A stretch of DNA of 64,000 bases, from NCBI RefSeq assembly GCF_000143415.4, contig NW_003314372.1:184898-248897 (forward strand), read 5' to 3'. Shown here piece after piece: positions 1 through 12,224 of the stretch; positions within the stretch are counted from its first letter, which is position 1; each line of letters begins with the position of its first letter. Both the position numbers and the translations under genes were made by a program. The notes beneath the pieces are model-generated. The model was not told where the DNA came from. It did no database searches and saw only the letters and a list, made by a program, of their open reading frames with translations. This DNA comes from Selaginella moellendorffii (lineage: Eukaryota; Plantae; Lycopodiophyta).

Positions 1-1794
1 CCATCTTTTTCGCCAAGCAGGCGAGTGGTAAATCTGTCATCACCCAGGTAAAGAAGTAAAAAATATGTAGCCCTGTCTATCTGGATCAGTTGTTTAAAAG
101 ACCTTCATTGACTTTCCATTTGTTGACTTTGCTGGTGCCTCGGTTCTCAGTCTCTCAGCTCTCACCATGAATGTATATACAGCTGCGTATATACACCTTT
201 TTTTTCTCCTCCTGCTTTCCTTGGCTTGCGCACTTTGCATTTTCCCACAAGGCCATTCATGCGCTTTGAGCACCTCTTCTGACTCTTCTGCTCAAGCTTC
301 CTCATTCCTTTGGTGGAACGCACCGAAAGCTTGACGAGGAAAAGCACCAGGTATCATACGCTAGCTTGTTCCTACCATCGCCCTATCTCCTCTTTGCCCT
401 TTTTTACTTCCTTCGTTCAGGCGCCGATCATTGGTTCACTACGTCCTCGAGAACCTGGGGACGGATTTTGAGCAATCTCACATCAAGCCGGATGCCTTTA
501 AAAGGTGTGTTTTATCTCATATTTTTCAAGTATTCTCATTACAGCTAGTTCACCGATCCAGTTTTCGACGATACGTGGAATGAATTTGAAGCGTTCCAAC
601 ACACGAAGTTCAACAGTGTGGTCGTCCTGGTTCACGATGGATAAATTTACACTGCTGGAACTAGGTAGTAGTGCCCGAGTTCTACCCTCCAGATCTTTCA
701 AGCCAGTCTACTTGCATTCGTGGGATCATCAAGTGAAGAGAAACATCATGATAAGACGCTCTATAGTTCCTGAAAGCGAAGAGGAAATTTTGGATTACTT
801 CCATATGGTAATTAGACATAGGCATTCTCAGGATTGATATCCTTCTCTCCTTCTCTCGTTTTGTTTTTCCAGAAACACGTACAAGAGGACGATGCCTTTG
901 TGGCGATTTCTTCAGATCATACATGGAGCTTGCTCAACTCTTTTGATGCGTTTATACCCGTTGTAGAGACCGACATAGACGCTGTGGTAAATTCATCCCA
1001 AACTTCGCTTTAGAAACTAAGTTTCTTCCTTCAGGGCTTGGTGACAGCGTGCAAATCAATGCTGGGGCGATACATGGATCGGAGCAAAATTGTTATAGTG
1101 ATCACGCTCCAGAAAGACGCGCATCTGGCCTTGAAGGATCTGCCAAATGGTCCAAATGGTAAGTTGCATGCTAAGGCATGCATGAATCTTTCCTTCTCTT
1201 CCTAGTTCACGAGCATCGAGTGCCTGGATTTTGTTAAGTTCCTGAGAATAACCTTTTGTTTCCAGCTTGATCATCTTCTACTGCAGAGGATACTATAGCC
1301 TAAGGCTCATCGTTTGTTCTTTTTTGCTGCTGCTAAATCACTGGATTCCAGTGGAGCAGACTCCCGAGACGCGTTTGGGCTCCTCCAAAATCCATGTGAC
1401 GAAAGCGCGATCAAAGTTTCAACATCGCTGCGCTATTGAGCTCACCAGATCTAGACCGTGAGGATGAGCGAGGAGGACAAAGAAAGCTTTCCAGCGATCC
1501 AACCAGCGAGAGGAGGATAGGGAGATGTAACTTCGAGTGTTCTTCCAAGAGCGCATCTAGGAATCTAATTTTGTCCATATCAATCTCATGTGGTTCCCGA
1601 ATTATTAGGCACACTCCCACACTTTTGGGAACTCCTAGTCTTCCACGGTCGCCATCACCGACGAGCGAGAATCTCAAAGGAATCTAGACTGGAGAATGGG
1701 GGATTTGACAATGTGATCCACGAGCATAGGTAAGTGTGAGTGATCTTACAGAGGATCGATCGATCGAGCAAGGCATCCGAGAGAGATTTGCATC

Positions 1795-3350
1795 ATGTAC
1801 GTGGTGGAGGACAAAGGGGGCGCCATCGCGCTCATGCTCACGGCGCTCGTCTTCCTGGGGACATGGCCAGCGATCATGAACCTGTTAGAACGAAGAGGGC
1901 GATTGCCACAGCACACGTACCTCGACTACTGCATCACCAATTACATTGCTGCCATTGTCATCGCGCTCACGCTCGGCCAGATCGGCGAGAGTTCCACTCA
2001 GACTCCCAATTTCCTGGAGCAGCTCAAGCAGGTGATCGCACCACCTTCTTCCTTTTGTTCTTCTTCGTCTGTGATTGCTGATGGGCTTCTTTGGTGGGAG
2101 GATCTTCCAGGATAACTGGCCGTCTGTTGGATTCGCCATGGCCGGAGGAATCGTCCTGTGCCTAGGAAACCTCTCCCTCCAGTACGCGCTAGCATACGTT
2201 GGTCTGTCGGTAGCCGAAGTTATCTCGTGTAGCATCACTGTCGTCGCTGGTAAGGACAAGTTTTTCCCAACTTTGGAGTGATCGATCTCGTTCCACGATC
2301 CTTCACTGTTCTTGAGTGTCCCAGGCACCACCATGAACTACTTTCTCGACGATCGGATCAACCGGGCCGAGATTCTCTTCCCTGGAGTCGCCTGCTTCCT
2401 GATCGCTGTCTTTCTCGGCTCGGCGCTGCATTCTTCCAACACCAAAGACAACCGAGCCAAGCTCGCGGCCGCAGAGCTTCTCAACAGCAAGTAAGTCACT
2501 GTTCTTCCTCCATGGCTGGATCAATCAACTTCGCTCTTACTTCGCAGTGATGGCTCCGGATCTTCTTACAAAAGGCTGGACGTCGAGATGGCGGCTGTGG
2601 AAACCAAGAACCAACCGGAGGAGGAGAACGGCACCTCCAAAACTGTCAAAGCTCAAGCTGGAACTGCCGAGTTCCTCGATCAACTCGAGCACAAGCGAGC
2701 GATCAAAGTACGTTGTACTAGTAGCTGCTTGTTCCTGAGCCAGGTTTCTTCTTTTCTGGATGTAGAACACCACCTCCAACACCATCCTGGGCCTGGGAAT
2801 CATCTTCTTCGCAGGCGCTTGCTTCTCCCTCTTCAGTCCGGCTTTCAACGTTGCCACCAACGATCAGTGGCACACTCTAAAGCCCGGAGTTCCCCGCTTG
2901 GTGGTGTACACTGCCTTCTTCTACTTCAGCACATCCTTCTTCGTGCTCGCGCTCTTCCTCAGCCTTGTCCTCCTCTACCGCCCCGCCGTCGGACTGCCAA
3001 AGTCCTCCCTCACAGCTTACGTCGCGGATTGGAATGGAAGGCCGTGGGCATTGCTCGCAGGACTCTTGTGTGGCTTTGGAAACGGGCTCCAGTTCATGGG
3101 AGGCCAAGCTGCTGGTTACGCTGCTGCCGACGCTGTCCAGGTATGGATCGAAGTTTCTCCTTCGTCTTTGATGGTTTTGTTCTTTCTCCAGGCGATGCCG
3201 CTGGTTAGCACCCTGTGGGGTGTGCTCTTTTTTGGCGAGTACATTCGATCGTCGCGAAGAACGTACATGCTGCTGGCAGCCATGCTTACAATGTTTTGCA
3301 TTGCGGTGGCGGTTCTCATGGCTTCCTCAGGCCACCGAAAGCATTCCTGA
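1795..3350 (+). CDS. UPS: Ureide permease (UPS family transporter), multi-exon
   Basis: MYVVEDKGGAIALMLTALVFLGTWPAIMNLLERRGRLPQHTYLDY, GTTMNYFLDDRINRAEILFPGV, GNGLQFMGGQAAGYAAADAVQ and C-terminal MASSGHRK are UPS signatures. GT-AG introns, e.g. 2032-2110. Confidence 0.95.
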
Positions 3351-3448
3351 GTAAAGTATACGACAGTTAACTATAATCATCTGATAGATCAAAACTAAAG
3401 AAAGAAGGGACACACGAATTCAAGCCTTTGAGATCTCAATCAAAACTA

Positions 3449-3472
3449 AGAAAGAAGAAGAAGAAGAAGAAG
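3449..3472 (+). repeat. (AAG)n microsatellite
   Basis: Run of aagaagaagaagaagaaga seen directly. Confidence 0.8.
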
Positions 3473-4009
3473 AGATGGACTTATAGCAAGAAGAAAAACC
3501 CACTACAAAAGCAACTACTGGAAATAACCAATAGATTTTAGGAGATCTACCAAACGATCTAGAGATTCTTACCAGATGCAAAGCAGTGACGAGCAGATAG
3601 AACCAATCCATTCTCCATAAAAAGTTTCGCCCGCAAGGTCGTCGAGATTTCCTCGCAGTTGAGGAATTCCGCGTGTCTGTCGATCCAGAACTGAGAGGGA
3701 GGAGAGACCACTCACCGCCGCCTGTCGATCCACCAGCGCTGGAGCGTGACGAAGAAATCTTTCTCGCGGAGACGCAATTGCTCGATCGATCGAGGCAACC
3801 AAGCCCTGACAGACAGGTGTGAAGAGCTAGAGGTGAAATACAAACCAACGGTCGAGATTACATCTCTTCTCCAGAAAGCAATGCTAAGACCGCGTCGTCG
3901 GCATTCTCGCCAGGGATTTCCAGGAGCGCGAGCAAATCCATCGCAATCCATCACTCATCGCACCATTGCTTTTCTTTCCAGAGACTTCCTGTCACTCCTG
4001 ACCTAAAGT

Positions 4010-4861
4010 ATGGGCGGATCGATCAGCGCGAGCCGGCGCGAGCTCCCCGACGGCGATGTGGTGGAGAAGCGGCTCGTCAAGGCGCTGCAGCAGCGCGCCG
4101 CGGCCGCCAAGAGCAGCGTCAAATCCTTCGACGCCATTCTCATGAAATTTTCCAAGATCGACATGGCCTTCGACCAAGTCCGTGACGTTTTCAAGCGATT
4201 TGGTACGTTTTTCCCCTTCTTTCTCTCTCGATCGAGCGAGTGCTGGATGGATCCTCGTGGCAGACAAGCACAAGAGAGGGACGATCGACCTCGAGCAGCT
4301 CAAGGCGTGTTTTCGAGAGCTCAAGGTTGAATTCACCGAAGAAGAGGTCCAGATGTTCTACGAGGAGGGCGATGTGGATCACAACCGGCGCATCAGTTTC
4401 AAGGAATTCATCGTTGTTCTTGCGCTAGCTTATCTCCTGGGCGAGCCTCTCAATTCCGATGGTGTAAGATCCAAATATCATTTTTTTCTCTTTGTTCTTT
4501 GCTCTAACCCGAGGTTTCTGTAGAAATCGAGGATTGGATTGCCGGACTTGGAGTGGAGCTTCGAGACGATCGAGGACGCGTTCGTCTTCTTTGACAAGAA
4601 TGGCGATGGCTACGTCACAAAGGAAGAGATGATCGAGTCCATCCACGAGTCCTCACACGCGACTAATACGCAACAGGATAGCATAGGCGTCGAGAGATTT
4701 GGTACGTGAATCCATCAAACTTCCATCACTTCCTTTTCAATCTCTTGCTTCTTCCAGAGGAAATGGATTGGGATAGAGATGGTAGAGTCACATTCAAGGA
4801 GTTCCTCCTAGCATTCACTGGCTGGGTTGGGATCGAAGACGATGAAGATCAAGAGGATTAA
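4010..4861 (+). CDS. EF-hand calcium-binding protein, CML21/22-like
   Basis: MGG start (possible myristoylation), SFDAILMKF.KID, EF loops DKHKRGTIDLEQ, DVDHNRRISFKE, DKNGDGYVTKEE, DWDRDGRVTFKE; ends FTGWVGIEDDEDQED*. Confidence 0.9.
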
Positions 4862-5037
4862 AACCAAGGTTCCATGAATTTTTTTTTTTCTCAAAGTTCT
4901 TCGACTAAAGTTTTGCTTTTTTTCTTTCTTGAATCATAGAATGGAGCAAACAAGAACTATACATAAGTTATCGTCAAGGTATTTCTTTCTAGACCCAACC
5001 AATGTTACGTATCATCAAGCTCCTTTTTATTCTAGTT

Positions 5038-8000
5038 CTAGCTGAGTGGAGCAAGATCCGGAACCATAGCCACAGTAACAACGAAGAACTCACAGCCGAT
5101 GCCAAGGCCATAAGGATTGTAGCGAGGCCTTGATGCTGCTGCTCCTCCGCCTCCTGGAGGAGGAGCTGCCGATGGTTCTCCAGTACTTGGCGATGGAACG
5201 CGCCTGGCAACGTTCCGGTTGATGTGAACAATCTGTCCGACGATGTACTGCTGGCCGCTCGGCAAATTCTCCAGGAACAGCGCGATCGACTCGTCGGACA
5301 AGTAGTAATTCGGGCAGTTCCTGTTGAGAGCTTCCCAGTGGCCGGCCGAGTTTGGCATGAACACGGCAAGCTCGTGAACTTCAAAGTGAGTGAAGCAGAT
5401 CTTTTCCTTCCTCGCCTGTAAAAAGTGTTCGATTGAAAAGAAAGACAAGTTTTAATAGTACCTGTTTCTCCAGCTTGTGCTTTGCATATAAGTTCTTCAG
5501 CATTTCAGCTTTGCTCTCGATGTCTTTGTTGAGATGACTCTGCGCTGCTTCCAACGAGCTACAGCGATCCATCATCTGCTGGAGGATCCCCGCAACTCGG
5601 TCGGCAAGAATCCTTATCGAGGACTGGAACTCCAGCAAGCACGGGTCCTCCCGGTTCTCACTGCCACCATTCGAAGGGCTGAAAGAAGAAAAAACGTGAG
5701 CTTCCACTAGAGAAAAAATGGTGACAAACCTGGACAGAGAATTCGAGAGCGTAGCTAGTGACTCCACGAAGCCAGCAGCTCCGTCCACTGGCGTTGAGAT
5801 GCAGTTATTCAGTCGTTCCATAAGGCCTCGGAGCCTCACGCTCGACGCTCTTAAGGACGCATACTCGGCCGCTCGGCGCTCGGCGGCACACAGATTAGTT
5901 CTTGCTTCTTCCCTGGCTTCGTGTAATCGATTCTCCAAGTGAGCACAGTTCATCTGAAAAGGCAGAGAGAGCTGCTGTTACCTCACGAGAACTGGACAAA
6001 CGAAAAACAAAATCAATCTATCCATACCTGGCATTCTCGCAAAAGTTCAGCGCTACATTCCACTTCTTCCTGCAGCTGAGCAGTCTTCGCAACGGCGTCT
6101 TTAAACTTCTCCTCCACTGCACTGAGCATCCGAGTCTTCTCGCTCAGAACAATTCCCAAGGCAGCTATCTCCTTGTCCTTCTCGCTCGCAGAGTCGCTCT
6201 CCTTTTCTCCCTTGTCTACCTCCAGTTTCTTGAGCGTTTCGGTTTCCACGACCATGTTCTCGTCAAGTCCTTCGTCGATCTGATCGCTAGCCTCTGTACA
6301 CGAACTCCCTAGACGAGCAAGCCTGCTGCTGCCTTCGTCCATCGGCTCAGCACTGCTCAAGTTTCGAACATTCGTCAGCCCAGAGTTCTCAGACAAATCA
6401 AGTATTTCTTTCTTGAGCCCACCACCTTCACCGTTTCCGCTCGACGACAGCTTTTCGATCTGCGCGTCCTGTTCTCTCAACCTCTGCTCGAGCTCTCTTA
6501 TCCGCTTCTCGTAAGCGTTGCATTGCTGCTGCCTCATATCCAGCATTCCATGCAGCTGCTTCGCATGTAAATCTTTGAGCTGCAATGCTTCCGCCGTCTT
6601 CCTGGCAGCAATAGTCTCCCGACTGTCACCTCCAGCCTTGCCTTGCTCACTCAGACCCTCCGACTCCTCGGGCTGGAAATCGGGATCCAAGTTGCACAGC
6701 ATGGAAATAGCCGAAGCAAGCTCCGCCTTTAACCACGTATTTTCCACCTCCAGTTTGCTAGTCCCTGCTATCTCTTCTAGCTCCCCATCATCTGTGCTAT
6801 CCGGTGCCCCCTCGGCTACTTTGTACAAGGCACCAACTAAAGACTCTGGAGCGTAGCGTTCCAGATCCGCCATATCTATGTCGAGCAGGCCCACGTCGAA
6901 CGGAGCAATATTTACAATGCACTGGCTGGGAGCGTCGAAGAGTCCCATGGCGGCCAACACGTCCCTCGGGATGTACAAGCTCTGCACCTGGAGAAATTCT
7001 TCCCTTCGGGCCATCTCCATCTCCCTCTTCCTTGCAAGCTTCTCAGCCAGTTGCCCCGCCTGTCCCATGTAAAGCTTCATGCAAGCTTTCCTCCTCACAA
7101 CCTCGGCAAGACACGCCTTGTAAGCGGAGCCAACCTTTCGGACAACCTTGAGCTCCTCGAAGATATCATCCTGTCGAGCCATGGCTTCTTTGAACGCTGA
7201 GAGTTGGTTTCTCATGTCTCGGATGCTTGCCTGGAGCGCTGCTACGCTTTGCATCCGCATATGGACCCCCATGCTCATCGCGTTCTTGCTCCTCCTACAC
7301 GTATCTAAAAGCTTCCACAGTTCTCGATCGCAGGCCTCCATCCTGGGTATGTGGCTCTTATCGTGAACTTCGTACATCGGTCCAAGAGCCGAGACGGCGT
7401 CGTGTGGACGAAGTGATGCTGTGTGCTGGCTATTCACGCAGTCGTCAATAAGCTTTCTTACGGTATTTACATCTTTGCTGCAAGAGCAAACACACAAAAA
7501 GGTTTAGAGAAGAAAAGAAAAGAGGTTTAAGATAAGACGCACCTAAGTGATTGAATGATGCTAGCCTGCTCCTCCTTGTAATGCAGGTGATTGTCAATTG
7601 TCTCCTCGAGCAGCCTCACGTCCACAGTTGAGCCAGTCACCAGCAAATCCTCCACACTCCTCTGGAGGATCACATACTCGTTCTTGAGCTGGGACACCTT
7701 GGCGAAGAACTGCTTATGCGACAAGGCACAGTCCTCCGCCCACTTCTTGAGGCTGCTTTCCTTCACACAATCCATCAACGTCTTCCTGCTCTCGGATTTC
7801 AATGCTGGATGCAACTTACACAAACGAAGGCGCTCCAAATCTTTGTCGAAGTTGGCCAGCAGCTCCGAGTGCTGCCGGTGCTGCCTCGTAAAGTGTTTCA
7901 TGAACTCCTGATAGAGCTGGTCGATCATCTTGTAGTAGTGCTCCATGTTGGCTCTGGCCGTCTCCAGCGCCATCTCCTGGACTTGCTGCTCGCGGTGTAA

Positions 8001-8462
8001 AGTTCTACACGCCTCAAACTTCTTCTGGCTGGAGCTCAAGATCCCACGACCCTTGTCGAGGTGGAACTTAAACTGGCGCTCGTAAGAAGGTAGAGCTCGC
8101 AGTGCCGGGTCTCTCGAGTCGTCCAAAGGGTGGCCATTCCCAGCAGTGGAAGACGGCTGTGGAGGGCACGGCGGCTCTCGTAGCGCCTCGGAAAATCTCT
8201 CCGCAAACTCTGCCTGTGGAGGGGGACAATCTGGGCTGAGCTTGTGGCGGCTGAAGAGAAACACTGCTCGATCCTGCGATGGCAAGCGATACGACCCAAG
8301 AGACCTGTGCGGCTCCAGCCGTGTATCCCCCACAATGAGGAGCTGCTCGTGCTGGAGAACACCCGTGAGCGATACGAGATAGCTCTGGACGTCCTCCACG
8401 CTCGTCGATGGCTGGCAATCCAGCTCAAACGAGAGCCCATTCTCCGCCACATGAATCAGCAT
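5038..8462 (-). CDS. ATG11: Autophagy-related protein 11 (ATG11/RB1CC1-like)
   Basis: N-terminal HVAENGLSFELDC, HPLDDSRDPALRALPSYERQF, long coiled coils, C-terminal ATG11 domain (NRNCPNYYLSDES...YIVGQIVHI...NPYGLGIGCEFFVVTVAMVPD). Confidence 0.95.
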
Positions 8463-9068
8463 GCTTGCGAGTGAAGATTACTCTGCCGCGATGGTAATTC
8501 TTCCGCTGGAGATGGATTCGAAAGACTGGGAATGCGCCAAAGCCCCTATGGCGATCCTAGGAACCCTAGTCCACGAAAATCCTTTCCTGACCTTGGATTT
8601 CGTGAAGGGCTTGGCGCTTCCTCCTCCTCCTCCTCCCTTCTCGCAGCCCTAACCCTGCCGCGCGGAGATGGAGCGCGCGCTGGGCGGCAGGGCGACGACG
8701 GCGTCGCTCATTCCTTCCCAATCTTCGTCCCGGCGCGCTCGCTCGCTCGCGGAGGATGGGACGAATCTATCCTCCTTCGATTCACACGGGAAACGCGGGC
8801 CATATTAACCTGGCGAATATCCGCCCGAAGATAGGGCAATGTTTTTAAAAGTTCTCGAATATCCTCTTATATCCTTTTCTTCTCAAACGGCTATGGCGGG
8901 CTAGGGATTGGCGAGATTGGCGCAAGCGCAGGCGTCGCGCGACCGCGATCACAATTCGCAATTCGCCCGCGAGCTGCTGTCCTCTCTTTTTTGCTGATTT
9001 GATGCGCGATCGTGATCCAGGCCTAGGGTTTCCATTAGCGAAAGGGAAAAGTAGCGTAGCCCAGCTAG

Positions 9069-9616
9069 ATGCTGGAGGAACACAGTGCACAAGCGCGCGA
9101 GGTTGATGCGATTCAGAGGCTCCAGGCGCGGACAATTTCGTCGGTAATGCGACCTTCTGATAAGCTTTTGCTCGTGCGCTTCGTTGTCTTCTTTCCTTCC
9201 TTTATAGCTGGAGGTGTTGCTCGGTTGTATGTTGCCAGGTGAGTGCTTGAATGAGTTCTATCGATTTTTCTTATATATTTCTCTTTGCCTTTTCTGGGTG
9301 AGCATGGTGTAGATTATTGTGTGCTCTGGGCTTGCATTTCTTTCAGTACTGCTTTCATCAGTTTTGCCAGAATGCTTAGCTATTCTCTGGGCTTGAGCAG
9401 CAAAGTACGCTGCTCTTGCAGGATTTGTTTAGAGCACGGGCCTGAGTGATGAAGTTTTCTTTTTTCGTTTTTTTTCCCCTTCACTTTCCACCAGGCACTC
9501 AACGTGGGAAGCGTACACCGTCCACAGAGTCACATTCTCTCGACAAAGGAAGCGACGTCGTGTTTGTGAGGGATACGATCACGGTCCCAGGGAATAACAC
9601 GAATTTGTGGCTATGA
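9069..9616 (+). CDS. Putative small 3-exon protein (75 aa), unknown function
   Basis: Exons 9069-9143, 9208-9238, 9495-9616 join in frame through canonical GT-AG sites with pyrimidine tracts. Telo-box TAGGGTTT upstream (~9024). Not in the ORF track. Confidence 0.5.
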
Positions 9617-9978
9617 GAGGAAGTTTACGGTCACTTTCTTTTTCTCTTGCTCAACGTGCAAACGGGGAATGGTCCCCTGGTGGGCTGAGTGCTTTTCCTT
9701 GATGCTCTTGGGTAGTGGTGGTCATAGCCAAAGTCTTCCATTATTGAGTCTGTTCTAAGCTTGCGTTTTGTCTAGGAGACGTTGAGCACTCAAGGAGATG
9801 GCAATATGTGGCAGATACACATCCTTCATAAGTCCACAGCGCAGCCGTCGTCTTCATGTATGTTTTCTTCACCTTTTTCCTAATCCTTTTCTCTAAACTC
9901 CTTAATATCTGTTCCTTCACAGGATGGTCCTCACTACTCATCAACAGAACTTTTAGAAATGGCCATCAAGTTTCGAGG

Positions 9979-9987
9979 TATATAAAT
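9979..9987 (+). promoter_or_regulatory. Candidate TATA box of the NIP gene
   Basis: TATATAAA about 90 nt upstream of the NIP ATG at 10070. Confidence 0.45.
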
Positions 9988-10069
9988 TCTTGCCTTTCCA
10001 ACGTAGACGAAAGCCAGCGACGTGCTTCTTTGCTTTGCTCCTTTCTGCAAACGTTTTTAGCATTCTTTC

Positions 10070-11340
10070 ATGGCTTCCGAGAGTGTGAAGGATCCCAACT
10101 TCAAGCATGACTTGGATCTGCAGAAGCAGAATCATGCTATGGAAGTGGATTCACCTTGCTCTCCTCCCACACTGAGAAGCCTCTGCATTCCCAGGACAAG
10201 ATTCCGGAAGAGGGCTACATTGTGCCAGAAGGTCACTCTATCTTCCTGCTGTTCTTTCTCTGCTGATGCGCTTCCCTTTTGGTTGTATCAGCTCGGTGCA
10301 GAAGTCATTGCCACGTTCATCTTGGTATTCGCCGGTGCTGGCGCAGGAATGGTGAACGAACTCACAAACGGCTCGCTGACTTTCTTCGGAGTGGCGGCAG
10401 CAAACGGGCTCGTCGTTATGATGATGATTCATGCTACTGGTCATATCTCCGGGGCTCACATGAATCCTGCAGTTACCGTGGCTTTTGCAACTGTCCGACA
10501 CTTTCCTTGGGCTCAGGTAAAGCATCTGCGTGCTTTTCGAGCTTCGCTTCTCCAAGTCCTTTTATCTATTCATTGTTTAACCCTTTTGTTTTTGTCTGTG
10601 ACTCGTTCCAGGTGCCGCTGTACATTGGCTCCCAGATCGCCGCGTCAGTCAGCGCTTGCTTCGTGCTCCGGCAGCTTCTCACAGAAGTAAACAAGATTGG
10701 AGCGACAGTTCCTGCCGCTGGCAACGTGGTCCAAGCCTTGGTTTTGGAAATCATCGTCAGTTACATACTCATGTTTGTAGTGGCAGCGGTTTCCACTGAC
10801 ACTCGAGCCGTAAGATGCTAAACTCTTCCCCCTCTCTCAGCTCTCTAAGCGTGGTCCAGGTTGGAGAGCTGGCCGGACTCGCTGTTGGAGCTACAGTCGC
10901 GCTCAACAATCTCATTGCAGGGTACTCTTCCTTCTCTATTCATATACTTTCTCTCGATTTTGCATTTTTGTAGAGCTCCATGGAGGTAAGCTTTGGATCA
11001 TTCTCTTGCGATTGACCTTCGTTTTTGCAGGAGAAAACCATTCCCCGGGGCATAGTGGATTTGCGTTTTCCTTGGTGCTAAAGCTTTGGCTTGTTGGCTC
11101 TTGTGTTCGTCCAGGCCTCTTTCCGGAGCGTCGATGAATCCGGCCAGGAGCATCGGCCCGGCGGTGGCGAGGAACAACTATTCCGACGTGTGGATTTACA
11201 TTGTTGGACCTGTGCTCGGCACCTTGGGTGGGGCGTGGTCTTACAATCTCATCAGAACTGTTGACAAGAATTTGTCCTCCTCGCGCTCCTTTTCGTCTCG
11301 CTCTTTCAACAAGAGAGATCAAATCGCCCAAATGCTCTAG
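10070..11340 (+). CDS. NIP: NOD26-like intrinsic protein (NIP aquaporin)
   Basis: [13 protein letters not shown] and [14 protein letters not shown] (two NPA motifs), [21 protein letters not shown]; typical NIP intron positions. Confidence 0.95.
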
Positions 11341-12224
11341 AAGATAGAGTTTGTACAAGCATTTTCCGTACTCATAAACGCGCAGTACCGTACCGTTTAT
11401 CTGTGGGCTAGATCTTGGGCTTATTTCAAATTACAATGCTCATTAAAACTACACCTCACCAACTACCTTCAATTGGATCTTCATCTTATCATCAAGATTC
11501 GTTGCCAAGAACCCTAAACTTGGCCTATGTCCGCCCAATCAGAGAATCTTGATCAAGCAATGGTGATCTTCCAATGTAATCCTTGACCGATCAAAGCTCC
11601 AAACGGACCTATGCGATCCAGGAGACGGCTACAGCGATTCCTGTGGAGTGACCACAAGCTTCCACAATTTCTCGTGGGGGCCGGTGGCCGGGGTGGTGGT
11701 GGAATTTTGAGCGGACAAGATCTGTAGGGAGTCTATGAGGACCATCGTGCTTGCCCGGAGCTACATGCCTCAGGTGGCGGGCTCCAGCTCGGCGATCGAT
11801 CGGGCGTAACAACAGAGTGATCGATCTAAAACATGGATTGGATCATCGTTGTGACGATCGCCATGGCTCGAGGCGGTGAAAGAAGAGAACTTTGCCTTTA
11901 CGTGAAGATGTGGAGCAAACGAACTCATTTGGGAGAGACGTGGGTGGTCTACTGGAGCGCTCAATGGCGAGTGGTGGGAGCTGGGGTGATCGGATCAAAT
12001 GGCTGCTCCAGGATTTCCTCCCAGCTGATTCAAGCCCGTCCCGAACTATGCGAGTTCTTCCAATTTTCGCGTTTCGCCATAGCCTAACCCTAAATGATAG
12101 AATATGCTAATTGTAAACAAAGCTGCTTGTTCGAAGATCTCGGGATAGATCAGTCTCACTGGCATCAAAGATAACTTTTCTATTTATCTCTCGATTGATC
12201 ACGCAAGGTTTTCAAGGTAACAGA

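Noticed and set aside
9990-10069. Boron-sensing AUG-stop minimal uORF, as in NIP5;1
   Set aside because: No ATG is present between the TATA box and the NIP start codon.
11600-12090. Telo-box-preceded minus-strand ATG and short ORFs between the NIP and WWE-ART genes
   Set aside because: The frame closes after 16 codons and no family or splice model could be built; at most a pseudogene remnant.
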